DNA of 64,000 bases from an uncultured Chloroflexia bacterium (lineage in GTDB: Bacteria; Chloroflexota; Anaerolineae; CG2-30-64-16). Of this stretch, positions 50,128 to 59,845 are shown one piece after another (the first letter of the stretch is position 1; the number at the start of each line of letters is the position of its first letter). Made by a program: the position numbers and the translations under genes. The notes below the pieces were generated by a model that did no database searches, was not told where the DNA came from, and saw nothing but the letters and a program-made list of their open reading frames with translations. The DNA lies in contig CAVZDU010000003.1 in assembly GCA_963774265.1 (NCBI GenBank), positions 352,001 through 416,000 of the forward strand. The letters run 5' to 3'.

Positions 50128-51443
50128 GGAACTCCGACGTTGACGCTGATCCGATCCACCGAGTCGTTGGCCACCTGGACGAACTCGTGAATCAGCCCGC
50201 CCCACCAAAACTGGGTGCCCACGGGCGGCACGGCATCCATCTCGATGCATCCGTGTACCTGTCCGCGTTTGCCCGGCAGCAGGTAGTACTGCGGCTCACC
50301 GTCGATGATGCGTTCCTCCAGGTCCTCTTTGCGCCCGATGGACCATCGGAACGGGAAATCCACACCGGTCGAATCGAAGTTCACGCCAAATCGCCACGAG
50401 CCAGCCTGCTGAAGCCATGACTCCTCGTCCTCGCGCACGGCCAGGGTGTTGTAGTTCTCACTGAATTTGTACGTCTGCCCTGCCCACGGCCCTGCCGTCC
50501 TGATCGGCACGGGTCCGTCGTTTTCGACGGTTGCGGTGAAACAGAACGAGTGTCCCAGGAGGACGCTCACGTCGCGGCTGACCTCGTCCGACCAGTCTAT
50601 CTCGCCGCCGAGGATGTTCGCGCGCGGTTTGCCACCCTCGCGGATGGTCAGGGTCGACGAGACCACGACGCGGTTCCCGACTTTGTCTGCCGCCTCAGCG
50701 AAGATGGCATAGTCGCCATCCGGCGGCGGCTCCGCGGACTGGTCCACGCCGCCATCGTAGTCGTAGCCGTGATAGCCCGCCATGCCGGTCTCGGAGATCG
50801 AGGCTGTGGGATTTTCAGCGATGGGATAGTGCAGGAGGGAGGGGCCCTTGTCAGTCTCCAGGGGCTGCAAGTACACCTCGATGCGCTCGGCATCCTTCAG
50901 CAGAAAATAGGAGATCGAGACGCGGTCGTGAATGCCGTCCTGGTTGGGCGTGAACTCCTGGGGCACGACGACGAAGTTGTGGAGTTCCGGCAGAGTCGTG
51001 TCGCCGTCCGACAGCGTGATCCGCCCTTCCCGCTTGTACGTCTGCCCGGAGAGATCCACGGCCTCGATCACCCAGGTGTATTCCCCATCGGGCAGGACGT
51101 GGCTGGACACGAGCATGGCGCCGCCCTCAACCTGTCGCACTTCGGGATCGACGGTCACGCCGCTCCAGTAGACCTGGTATTCCCCGCGCGAGCGTCGCTC
51201 GCCATTTCGGAAATAGTAGCGGACACCTTGGGCATCGATCACGTAAATCGACACGTGGGCCGTGCGTCCAACCGTATAGCGCATCAGGGTCACATCGTCC
51301 TGACCGTCTGCGTTGGGCGAGATCGCCTCGGGCTGCACGCTTACACCAGACAGCAACGGGCTCAACTCACACGCACTGAGCCCGAATGCGGCCGCAACCA
51401 GGATCAGGACCAGGGGAAACCATTGACGGGTGGAAACCCGCAT
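50124..51443 (-). CDS. lipoprotein with repeated FlgD-Ig-like domains
   Basis: Lipobox LSAC; ISPNADGQDD and FTPNQDGIHD repeats, LPDGEY and PPDGDY. Confidence 0.8.
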   Translation of the reverse strand: MRVSTRQWFPLVLILVAAAFGLSACELSPLLSGVSVQPEAISPNADGQDDVTLMRYTVGRTAHVSIYVIDAQGVRYYFRNGERRSRGEYQVYWSGVTVDPEVRQVEGGAMLVSSHVLPDGEYTWVIEAVDLSGQTYKREGRITLSDGDTTLPELHNFVVVPQEFTPNQDGIHDRVSISYFLLKDAERIEVYLQPLETDKGPSLLHYPIAENPTASISETGMAGYHGYDYDGGVDQSAEPPPDGDYAIFAEAADKVGNRVVVSSTLTIREGGKPRANILGGEIDWSDEVSRDVSVLLGHSFCFTATVENDGPVPIRTAGPWAGQTYKFSENYNTLAVREDEESWLQQAGSWRFGVNFDSTGVDFPFRWSIGRKEDLEERIIDGEPQYYLLPGKRGQVHGCIEMDAVPPVGTQFWWGGLIHEFVQVANDSVDRISVNVGVP

Positions 51444-51499
51444 TGAAGAACCTCCATTGATATGGTGGGCATTCAGTCTAGCAGATGGTCGATGGACCG

Positions 51500-53506
51500 T
51501 CAAAAGCGCAGCGGCCCCAGCCGGATGCGTTTCCCGGCGGGGTTGTCGGCCACATCGCGAATATCCAGTCCTTCAGGCGCGCCGGGCGCATAGACGGCCA
51601 GCGAGACATAGAGGTCGCCGTTGGCCCCCGCAGGCGCCGGCAGCGGGTACCGGCCAAACACTGCCTTGTCCACGGACCAGCGAGTGGTCGGGTAGCCGTA
51701 GCCCGCAGGCCGGCCATCCCATCGTCCCAGGATGGCGCCCGCGGCATCCTCCAGGATCAACGACACCTGGTAGTCCTCGGTCAGCGTGTTCAGCGCGCGC
51801 CAGTAGACGGTCAGCTCGCCATCCTCCGGATCGTCCCACCCGAGCAGGGCCAGCTTGTGGTCGAAGTTCGCCGCATCCGCGTGCTGCGGCTCGGGCGAAG
51901 CCACATACCGGGCATCGGCCCGCAGGGTCCAATGCCGCAGGCCCAGGTGCCAGAACCGGGCAACGGGATTTGTTTCGACGCCGGCACGGTCGAGGAAATA
52001 GGGGACGAACCCCACCGGATCGACGACCTCATCCTGCCACGTCACCAGCCACGCGCCGTTCCCGCCCCTCAGGCCCTGTTCGAGCGCCGGCGCGTCCTCG
52101 AACCCGAGCACCGCATTCACGTCCAGGATGTCGATCTGGGGCAGCCGGATCGGCGCGATGTCTGCGGCGTAGACCTCCCACGCGGGCGCGGCATGGCCTG
52201 ACACCAGCACCACCCGTTCGCCTGGCCCTATTTGGCCTCGCACGTAAGCCGCCAGCTCGCGCCACTGCGCCTTGGTGAACGCCGGATCGCTGAACCAGTT
52301 GCGCAGGCCGATCACCGACGTGGCCAGCACCAGCGTGGCGATCGCGGCGGCCCCCGCGCGGCCCGCAAGCGTGCGGGCCTCCGAACCGCGAGCCGCCAGC
52401 CGGCCGCGGCCGGGCGCGGTCCACAATCCTGCCATCCCGCCGGCCAGGATAAGGAAGTACGCGGGCGACGCCAGCATCAGGTAACGCGGGTTGAACTTCG
52501 GATTCCTCGCTGCCAGCGCCAACACCATCGCCAACGGCAGCAGCAGGGCCACCAGGGGAACCCAGGCCTCCTGCCACCCGGCCTTCCCTCGGCGGCGTGC
52601 GCCTGCCCAGAGCCCTGCGAGTGCGACCGCCATTGCGACGGCAAACCAGGGCAACCATCGCTCGGCGTCGCTTTCCAGCATCGTTTCGGGCGCACCCGTG
52701 GTGAAGCTGACGAAGACATGCCGCAGCGCCTCGCCCAGCTTGAGATCACCCTGCCAGTACGACGCGTCAACCCGGTACCGATTCAGCATGGCCGGCAACC
52801 ACGGCAGATAGCCCAGGACGACCAGCGCGGCGGCGACGATGGCTTCACGAACCCGAGGTCCTGAATGCCGACCGTGTGCTGCTGCCAGGGCGACGATCGC
52901 ACAGGCGGCGTAAGCCGCGAGCAAGAAGAGCGCAAAGTAGTGCGTGTACAGGGCGGCCAGGGACGCCACGACAGCCGTTCCCCACCACATGGAGACGCGC
53001 CGGCCCCCTGCCGCGGCCTCCGCCGCGGAGACGGCGCGGAGCAGTGCATAGCCCGCCAACGCGCCGAAGAAGGTCAGCTGCGTGTACATGCGGGCTTCCT
53101 GCGCATAGTAAACGTAAAGCGGTGCGATCGCGGTCATGCCTGCGGCAAGCATCGCTGCCAGGAGACCGCGGCGTCGGCGGCCGAACAGTCTGCGCGCCAG
53201 GCTCCACAGGAGCGCTATAGTCGCGGTTCCAAACAGCGCGGAGGGAAACCTGAGCGCCCATTCGCCGTGCCCCGCGGCGCGCGTCCACCCTGCCAGGAGA
53301 TAGTAGTAGAGCGGCGGCTGGATATCGTCTGCGGTCCACCGCGTCAGCTCGGCCAGCCCTTTCGCGGCCACCTGCGCGCTGACCGCCTCGTCATACCACA
53401 GGCTCTGGCTGTCGAGCCGCACGACGCGCAGGGCCAGGGCCAGCAGCAGGATGGCCAACAGCAGCACGCCGTTCAACCCACGGGAACGGCCCACCGTGGA
53501 CTGCAC
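51500..53506 (-). CDS. GT-C fold glycosyltransferase family 39 (PMT_2-like)
   Basis: LWYDEA, DIQPPLYY, LRFPSA, YAQEARMY, YTHY, PRYL; start uncertain. Confidence 0.88.
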   Translation of the reverse strand: MQSTVGRSRGLNGVLLLAILLLALALRVVRLDSQSLWYDEAVSAQVAAKGLAELTRWTADDIQPPLYYYLLAGWTRAAGHGEWALRFPSALFGTATIALLWSLARRLFGRRRRGLLAAMLAAGMTAIAPLYVYYAQEARMYTQLTFFGALAGYALLRAVSAAEAAAGGRRVSMWWGTAVVASLAALYTHYFALFLLAAYAACAIVALAAAHGRHSGPRVREAIVAAALVVLGYLPWLPAMLNRYRVDASYWQGDLKLGEALRHVFVSFTTGAPETMLESDAERWLPWFAVAMAVALAGLWAGARRRGKAGWQEAWVPLVALLLPLAMVLALAARNPKFNPRYLMLASPAYFLILAGGMAGLWTAPGRGRLAARGSEARTLAGRAGAAAIATLVLATSVIGLRNWFSDPAFTKAQWRELAAYVRGQIGPGERVVLVSGHAAPAWEVYAADIAPIRLPQIDILDVNAVLGFEDAPALEQGLRGGNGAWLVTWQDEVVDPVGFVPYFLDRAGVETNPVARFWHLGLRHWTLRADARYVASPEPQHADAANFDHKLALLGWDDPEDGELTVYWRALNTLTEDYQVSLILEDAAGAILGRWDGRPAGYGYPTTRWSVDKAVFGRYPLPAPAGANGDLYVSLAVYAPGAPEGLDIRDVADNPAGKRIRLGPLRF

Positions 53507-53565
53507 GTGCGACCCCTCCCGCCCCGGGACGGGATCGTCAACACCTGGGCGAGGTCTCATCGCCC

Positions 53566-56112
53566 CTACTCCATCGACGTGCAACATGCCTCCGCAGCCA
53601 AACAGCACGCATCCGGCCGGGGTCCGGCCATCGGATCGATCGTCACTGGTCCCAGGACGGCTTCTTCCCCTGCTGAGTTCCCCAGGCCCGACACGTGCGA
53701 GAGACGCTCTCCATTTCGCCCGTCGATCCACCCGACCACCAGCTCATAGCGCCCGGGTTGGACGTCCCCGGGCACGGCGATCGTATGGGCGTCGATAACG
53801 CCCGCTGCGCCATCGCTGCCCACCTGCCAGGTCGTCGCAGGACGCGGGGTGAACCAGGTTGGCTCCCCTTCGACCGCGGCGACGATTTTGCCAGTGACAT
53901 CAGCCAGGTGGAGGAACACGCTGTACGCCTGCGGCGCGGCGCCTGCAGCCTGCCAGTACAAGAGGATCGGGAGCTCGCCACCGGGCGCTGCGCTCATCGG
54001 CGCGCTCCACTCGGCAAGCCTCACCGTCCAGTCCGCCCCCGCGAAGGCCGCGCCGGACGTCTCGATGGAGGTCAACGGTCCTTCGTATAGCCGAAGCCTG
54101 CCTTCGCGGCGCGCGAAGCCGGGGAGCCGCAGCGTCCCGTCGCCCGCGACCTCCGCGGGGGTTGCGCTAGCGGCCGCATCAGGCCCCGACAGCTCAGGGC
54201 GTATGACCTGCCCCCCATCAGTGACCTGCAACGCCGGCGCGAACGCGCGCGGCAGGAACCACGGCGCCGTTTCCGTCACGACGACCTCGCCCGCCCCCCA
54301 CTGTCCTGGATCGCGCCAGAGCAGCGCGGGCAGGGGGCGCTGTTCGCTGCTATCCACCACCGCACCCGCCGGGGTCCTGGCCTCGTACCTGATCGCCAGG
54401 TTGGGGGGCAGTGTGGCGCCTGCCACCTGCCAGTAAAAGCGGAAACGGGTGAGCCGCGAGCGCACATCGTCGAGGACATCGAAGCCGAGCAGGCGCAGCC
54501 CGGGCCCGATTTGCGCGCCGACCGGAATCTCCGGCCGCTGCTCGCCCGCACGGGTAAACGAGTAAAAATCGTCGGGCAGCGCCCGGGCCGCTGCACCCCG
54601 GGCCAGCAACAGATAACCGTCCGCAGCGTCCACGACCCCGTAGCCTCCATCTTCGATCAGCCGGTCAACCGACGATTTGACGTCCCCAGGGGGCATGCCG
54701 GTGAACCCTGCGACGTCGATTAGCAGGTGGGTGGCATCGGACACGTCAGGGTAGACATAAATCTTATGCCGGTGGCTGAGGTGGGGATGCACGGCAGGCG
54801 TCGCGGAGACGGTCGCGCTGGGGGGAATCTGGCCGGTCAGCCGCGCCAGGGTGCGGTGGTGATCTGTCAGGGCCGGCCACTGGTACGGCCGCGCCAGGGG
54901 CGTCCATCCGCGCTCGATCTGCGCACTCCCAGCCCAGGCCAGCAGCCAGATCGCGCCGAGCACGCTGATGACGGTCGCGTTGGTGGCCAGCGGTGTCAGC
55001 CGGAAGGGCGCCTGGCGCTCGATGAATCGCTGCAGCCGCCGCGCACCGTATATCGACGCGATGATGAACACGGGCGCCAGGGGTGCGGCCAGCTCCCACA
55101 GCTCCCCGGCCGGTCCGGTCGGGGTCGTCAACGCGTGGGTGACGAGGAACGGCAGCCCCAGCAGCAGGATTTCGGGCGCGAGCAGCGCCAGCCAGCCGAC
55201 CGAACGGAGCAAGCCGCCCAGGGCGTCCAGCCAGGCTGGCTCCCGCAGGGCGGCCAGGTCTGCCAGCCTGCCCCAGGACCACGCGTTCTGTGCTGCGCCG
55301 CCGGCGGCTTGGCGCGCGGCCGGCGCCACGATGAGGAACGACACCGCGGCGCACCACCCGATGCTGACCAGCAGCAAGGCGAGCCCCTGCTTCGTGCGCT
55401 CGGGCCGGCGTTCGCTGAGGATCAGCAGCAGCCCCAGCATGGCGGTCAGCAGGGCATAATCCTCCCTTGCCGCCATGACCACCAGGGCCCAGCCCCACAT
55501 CGGTCGCCAACGCCCCTCGGTGCCGTACCAGAAAGCGAAGAGCAGCGGCGCGACCACCCACGTTGCGGTGTGGAATCCCGCGACGTTCGCCGCCTGTATC
55601 GCTGGCATGAGCAGGTAGGCCAGGGCAAAGGCCAACGCCAGCCACTCTGCGCGCCGGCGGTCGCCCGCACCTGGGGCGCCCCTGACGCCGGAGAATGTGG
55701 TCGGCGCATCCATGCGCGGCGCATAGGCGCGCCGCGCGATCCAGAACACGGGCAGCGCGCCGGCGGCCAGCGCCAGGGATTGGATGATCAGCATCGCGGC
55801 CACGTCGTCCCACAGGACATAGACGAGTGACAGCGGCAGGAGGATCAGCTCGAGGTGTCCGGTGGTGCGCGAGACCTGCTGCGTCCCAACGGTGCGTTCG
55901 AGGAACCGCCCGTGCACGGTGTTCCACATGGCCTGGTCGATGGAGGACAGGCCGCTCGCGGTGGTGTTCAGTGTGGCGTGTCGTTGCAGGGTGTAGACGC
56001 TGAAGAAGGACGCGTAGGCGACGATCAGCACCCAAAGAAGGGCGGTTGGCGCGAGGGAACGTCCTTCGACTACGCCGCTCCCGCGGCTCCGCTCACCGTG
56101 CGCTGCGTCCAA
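53566..56112 (-). CDS. DUF2079 membrane protein (GT-C like) with C-terminal beta domains
   Basis: DQAMWNTVHG, GH, GFH, ARED, IPPSATVSA, PHLSHR, FLHL; start uncertain. Confidence 0.8.
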   Translation of the reverse strand: MDAAHGERSRGSGVVEGRSLAPTALLWVLIVAYASFFSVYTLQRHATLNTTASGLSSIDQAMWNTVHGRFLERTVGTQQVSRTTGHLELILLPLSLVYVLWDDVAAMLIIQSLALAAGALPVFWIARRAYAPRMDAPTTFSGVRGAPGAGDRRRAEWLALAFALAYLLMPAIQAANVAGFHTATWVVAPLLFAFWYGTEGRWRPMWGWALVVMAAREDYALLTAMLGLLLILSERRPERTKQGLALLLVSIGWCAAVSFLIVAPAARQAAGGAAQNAWSWGRLADLAALREPAWLDALGGLLRSVGWLALLAPEILLLGLPFLVTHALTTPTGPAGELWELAAPLAPVFIIASIYGARRLQRFIERQAPFRLTPLATNATVISVLGAIWLLAWAGSAQIERGWTPLARPYQWPALTDHHRTLARLTGQIPPSATVSATPAVHPHLSHRHKIYVYPDVSDATHLLIDVAGFTGMPPGDVKSSVDRLIEDGGYGVVDAADGYLLLARGAAARALPDDFYSFTRAGEQRPEIPVGAQIGPGLRLLGFDVLDDVRSRLTRFRFYWQVAGATLPPNLAIRYEARTPAGAVVDSSEQRPLPALLWRDPGQWGAGEVVVTETAPWFLPRAFAPALQVTDGGQVIRPELSGPDAAASATPAEVAGDGTLRLPGFARREGRLRLYEGPLTSIETSGAAFAGADWTVRLAEWSAPMSAAPGGELPILLYWQAAGAAPQAYSVFLHLADVTGKIVAAVEGEPTWFTPRPATTWQVGSDGAAGVIDAHTIAVPGDVQPGRYELVVGWIDGRNGERLSHVSGLGNSAGEEAVLGPVTIDPMAGPRPDACCLAAEACCTSME

Positions 56113-56128
56113 TTGAGATGCGCCATTT

Positions 56129-57415
56129 CTAGACCCCGCGGCGCTGCAACAACCCGCGCAGGTCTGCGATTTCCGATTCCAGTTGCCCGATCTCGGTGAG
56201 CACCTGCGGCGAGGCAGACAGCAATTCCTGGCCTCGCACCTTCTCGAGCTCGACCAGCCGCTCGCGTCGCAGATTGAGCTGCATGACGAGCGAACTGACA
56301 TCGTGCTCGCGCTGCCTGGCAAACACAGCCCGCATGGCGTCCTTCGACGTCTGCAGCGGGGGGACGCCGGCCAGCGTCGCGGCCTGAGTCTCGAGCCAGC
56401 CCCGCAGGAACTGGTTGCCGATGGCGTAACGCGTGCCGAGCCTGCGCAGGTAGCCCAGGTTGATGAGATTGGTCACGCGCTGCTTCAACTCGGCCGGCTG
56501 CTCGAAGTCCATCCGCTCCAGCTCGCGCGGATCTGCCCTGTGGATGCGATAGATGCTCAGGAACAGCTCACGGTCGGTTTCGGTCAACTGGCGGAAATCA
56601 TACACCAAAAAGCTCGCAACCATCGAATCGACGTACAGGTCAGCGTCGTCAGGCATGCGGAGCTCCCCATCCTCGCCTAACAGACGGGAGCAGAGGAGTT
56701 GCAGGAGCAGGGGGTGGTTGTTTGTGGCATCTTTGATGGCCGCCACGACTGCGGCTGCGGCCTTGACTCTTCCACCGCGCGGGGCGTGCGATTGAATGAT
56801 AAGGCTGCGCGCGTCCGGCGCGGACAGGCTGCCCAGCATGTAGGACATATCGAACCCGCTGAGGAAGGGGGAGGTGGTCCAGTCGCGACACACATCGTAG
56901 AGGCGGTAGATTCTGCGGGTCGACACCATGACCGACCGCACGCCCGCGCCTGCGGTGAGCAGGCAGTGCAGCCGCTGCATGGCCGCCGGCTCGTTGGCCG
57001 CGATGTCCAACAAAGCCTCGGTTTCGTCGCACAGCAGGAGCAGCTCTCGACCCGACCGCGCGGCCAGCCGCCGCAACTGCGCGAGCAAGGTCAGTGCATC
57101 CTCCTCGTCTGCGAGCGAGGGCGGCATCCCAAGCGGCGAGAACCGGTCGGGATGATCGCGGACCACTTCCGCTAGGCAGCAACCCAGGTCTGCGTAGGAG
57201 TGGCAGCCCTGCATGTCCAGGTACAGCGGGACGAGCCGGCCCCGGCGCGAGGTCAGCAGCTCGAGCTGGCGCAGCAGCGAAGTCTTGCCGATACATCGAT
57301 TGCCGACCACCCAGTGCGCGCGTGCGCCACTCTCCAGGAGCGTGGCAAGGAGCTCCTCCCGGCCATAGTATTCCCGGCCGGTGACGAAGGCTCCGATGAC
57401 ATACGGGTTGCGCAC
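56129..57415 (-). CDS. STAND/AAA-type ATP-binding protein with wHTH and C-terminal helical hairpin
   Basis: GAGGT RBS plus GTG; RNPYVIG, YYGRE, GNRCIGKTSLL, LLLCDE, SPF, NHPLLLQLLC. Confidence 0.8.
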   Translation of the reverse strand: MRNPYVIGAFVTGREYYGREELLATLLESGARAHWVVGNRCIGKTSLLRQLELLTSRRGRLVPLYLDMQGCHSYADLGCCLAEVVRDHPDRFSPLGMPPSLADEEDALTLLAQLRRLAARSGRELLLLCDETEALLDIAANEPAAMQRLHCLLTAGAGVRSVMVSTRRIYRLYDVCRDWTTSPFLSGFDMSYMLGSLSAPDARSLIIQSHAPRGGRVKAAAAVVAAIKDATNNHPLLLQLLCSRLLGEDGELRMPDDADLYVDSMVASFLVYDFRQLTETDRELFLSIYRIHRADPRELERMDFEQPAELKQRVTNLINLGYLRRLGTRYAIGNQFLRGWLETQAATLAGVPPLQTSKDAMRAVFARQREHDVSSLVMQLNLRRERLVELEKVRGQELLSASPQVLTEIGQLESEIADLRGLLQRRGV

Positions 57416-57432
57416 GGCGACCTCGCGGTCTG

Positions 57433-59772
57433 TTAACGACCGGGCGACGATGTGGCCGCGGCGGCCGCGTCGTCCGCGGTGATGGCGATGCGCCCCGCGG
57501 CCAGGGCGCGCAGCACGGAGGTCGCCGCGACCTCCAGCAGCCGTTCGGGCCGGCCCGCAGCCTCTTCGACGACCCGGTCGACGGCGCCCGGCGCCCATGT
57601 ATAGACATCGCGCACCGGTTCGACCAACAGTTCTCGCGCTGCCGCGTCGCTCAACGGCTGGAGGTCCACCTGGCGGAACAGATCGCCCAGATCACCCAAA
57701 GACCGCGGGGCACGCTCGCCGGCCAGCACTGCGCGCAGTTGGCCTCCCATCGTCCCGACCAGGAGGCCACGGATGTTCTCCCGTGCGCGGGGCGGGTAGC
57801 TTTCGAGCGCCTGGGCTTCATCCAGCAGCAGCACGACACGAACCCGGCGCGGGGCAACCACCGGCTGCAGGGAGGCGAGGAGGAGTTTCAGGTCGGCGTG
57901 AAATTCGCGCGCGGCGTAGGCGGTTGACGAGGTTTCGTGCCACCCTAACCGCGGCTGCTCGCCCACCATCAGCGGTTCCATCCCCGCAATGACGCGATCC
58001 ATCAGGAGGTGGAGAATCACCTCCGGCCGCGTGGACGAGAGATCGAGAGTCGCCGGGATGGAGATCAGCTCGCCGCCTTGTTGGGACCTCAGCGCTGCAG
58101 CCACTCGCCGTAAGGCCGGCGTCTTCCCCATCCCTCTGGCCCCCACCAGCAGCACGTTCCCGCCCTGCAGCGCCGCTACCACCTCATGCGCGGGCCCGTC
58201 AGGCAGCCGCGCGTCGATGGCCCTGCCCGCCGCTGCGTCGTGCGCGTAGGGGTTGAATCCCTGCGCCACCACCGTCTGCACCCGGGCCAGCTCGGCCGCG
58301 GCAGCCCGCTCGGCAGCCCGGCGTCGCGCCGTGATCGCCGCGTTCGCGGTTACGCCGGCAACCAGCAACAGCACAATAGCGCCCATGATGGGATAGGCCA
58401 CTTCGCTTCGCAGGGCAACGCCACCCGGGAGGTACACCAGGCGAGGCGTGACCACCGTCACATCCGCCGGCACGGACCGGTTGAAGGCTTCGTCCTGCAC
58501 CCACACATGCAGGACCGTATTCCCTGCTGCAAGCCGCCGACCGCTGTACGCGGTGATCGCCTGGGCACGGTGCACCAGCGGCGCGTCATCCACCCCGTCC
58601 AGCCGCGTGAGGATGATCAGCCGGTCAGAGGGCGTAGTGCCGTCAGATGCGCGCACCTCCACGCGTTCGATGCGGTCCCGCGCCAGCTCAACTGCCCCCT
58701 TCTCAGGTCGCATACCGTTGACCGCGATAATCTCGACCCTGGGCGAGGACCGCTCGGGCCGGTATTCGACCAGCCCGACCCCTGTGCCAATCCAGAGCGT
58801 TCCATCCAGGGCAGGTGCGAAGGCAGTCGCCGAGGGGTCCGGCAAAAGCCTGGCGTCATAGTGCTGCCAGACCGTCGATTCGCTGGCCAACACACCCTCG
58901 CGCGTCCCCAACCAGAGCCGGCCGTTGCTAAAGCCAAGCGCCGTGACACCCGTCGAGACGGCCGCAGGCAGTTCCATGCGCTCCCAAACCACCCCGCGCG
59001 TCCGCCACAACTCGTCCTCTTCAGCCCAGACGTAAAGCATCCTCTCGGGGCTTTCGACAATGCCGCGGATGCGAGCTGCGCCGGGGCTTTCCTCAGCCGT
59101 TATGGCGGTCCACTTCCCCCCGGAGAGCTGCCACAGCCCGCGCTCCGTGCCGGCCCACAGCGTCCCATCGCGGCGAGCCTGGAGTGCGGTCACCCGCTGC
59201 CCCGCGAGCTCGTCCACAGATTGGAGGGCGCCGTCTTCGTGCCACCGGCTCAGGCCGGCGGCCGTGCCCATGTAGACCGCACCGTCCGGACCCTGCGCAA
59301 AAGCCAGGACGGGCAGGCTGGCCAGCCCCGCGACATCGAGCCGCCGGAACGCCATCGCATCAGGCGGTGCATCCGCGGGTGCGTAGCCCAGTCCGCCGCC
59401 GGTGGCAACCCACACCCGGCCCTGCTCATCCTCGTACAAGTTCAGGACGCGATTATCGGGCAGTCCATCGCGCGTGGTCAGCGATTTCCAGACCCCGCCA
59501 TCCCAAACAGCCGCGCCCCGCTCTTCTATGCCCGCCCAGAGGCGGCCCGTGCGATCCACGAGGAGCGCGTTGATCCGCTGACCGGCCACAGGTGCGGTTG
59601 GCACAATCCGCCACTCGCCGCCGGCGACCGGGGGTGTACGATGACTCAACGTATCGAGCGAGGAGCCAGCCTGGCTGGAGAGGATTCCGGCCCCGGACAG
59701 CATCAGTGCGCCCAACAGCGCACTGGCGGCCAGGCCGGTCTTGAATAGAAGGGGACGATCAATGAGTCGCAT
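57433..59772 (-). CDS. signal peptide, two-component-regulator beta-propeller, Ig-like domain, TM, cytoplasmic AAA/STAND ATPase
   Basis: DRTGRLWAG, DGLPDNRV, DGTLWAGT repeats; TM IMGAIVLLLVAGV; FNPY, GARGMGKT, LLLDEA, AGRP. Confidence 0.8.
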   Translation of the reverse strand: MRLIDRPLLFKTGLAASALLGALMLSGAGILSSQAGSSLDTLSHRTPPVAGGEWRIVPTAPVAGQRINALLVDRTGRLWAGIEERGAAVWDGGVWKSLTTRDGLPDNRVLNLYEDEQGRVWVATGGGLGYAPADAPPDAMAFRRLDVAGLASLPVLAFAQGPDGAVYMGTAAGLSRWHEDGALQSVDELAGQRVTALQARRDGTLWAGTERGLWQLSGGKWTAITAEESPGAARIRGIVESPERMLYVWAEEDELWRTRGVVWERMELPAAVSTGVTALGFSNGRLWLGTREGVLASESTVWQHYDARLLPDPSATAFAPALDGTLWIGTGVGLVEYRPERSSPRVEIIAVNGMRPEKGAVELARDRIERVEVRASDGTTPSDRLIILTRLDGVDDAPLVHRAQAITAYSGRRLAAGNTVLHVWVQDEAFNRSVPADVTVVTPRLVYLPGGVALRSEVAYPIMGAIVLLLVAGVTANAAITARRRAAERAAAAELARVQTVVAQGFNPYAHDAAAGRAIDARLPDGPAHEVVAALQGGNVLLVGARGMGKTPALRRVAAALRSQQGGELISIPATLDLSSTRPEVILHLLMDRVIAGMEPLMVGEQPRLGWHETSSTAYAAREFHADLKLLLASLQPVVAPRRVRVVLLLDEAQALESYPPRARENIRGLLVGTMGGQLRAVLAGERAPRSLGDLGDLFRQVDLQPLSDAAARELLVEPVRDVYTWAPGAVDRVVEEAAGRPERLLEVAATSVLRALAAGRIAITADDAAAAATSSPGR

Positions 59773-59845
59773 GGCATTGCTTCCGATCGTGGACGCGGTC
59801 CGATGGAGCGATCATAGCACAAGCCACGACAAAAAGCAACTATAT

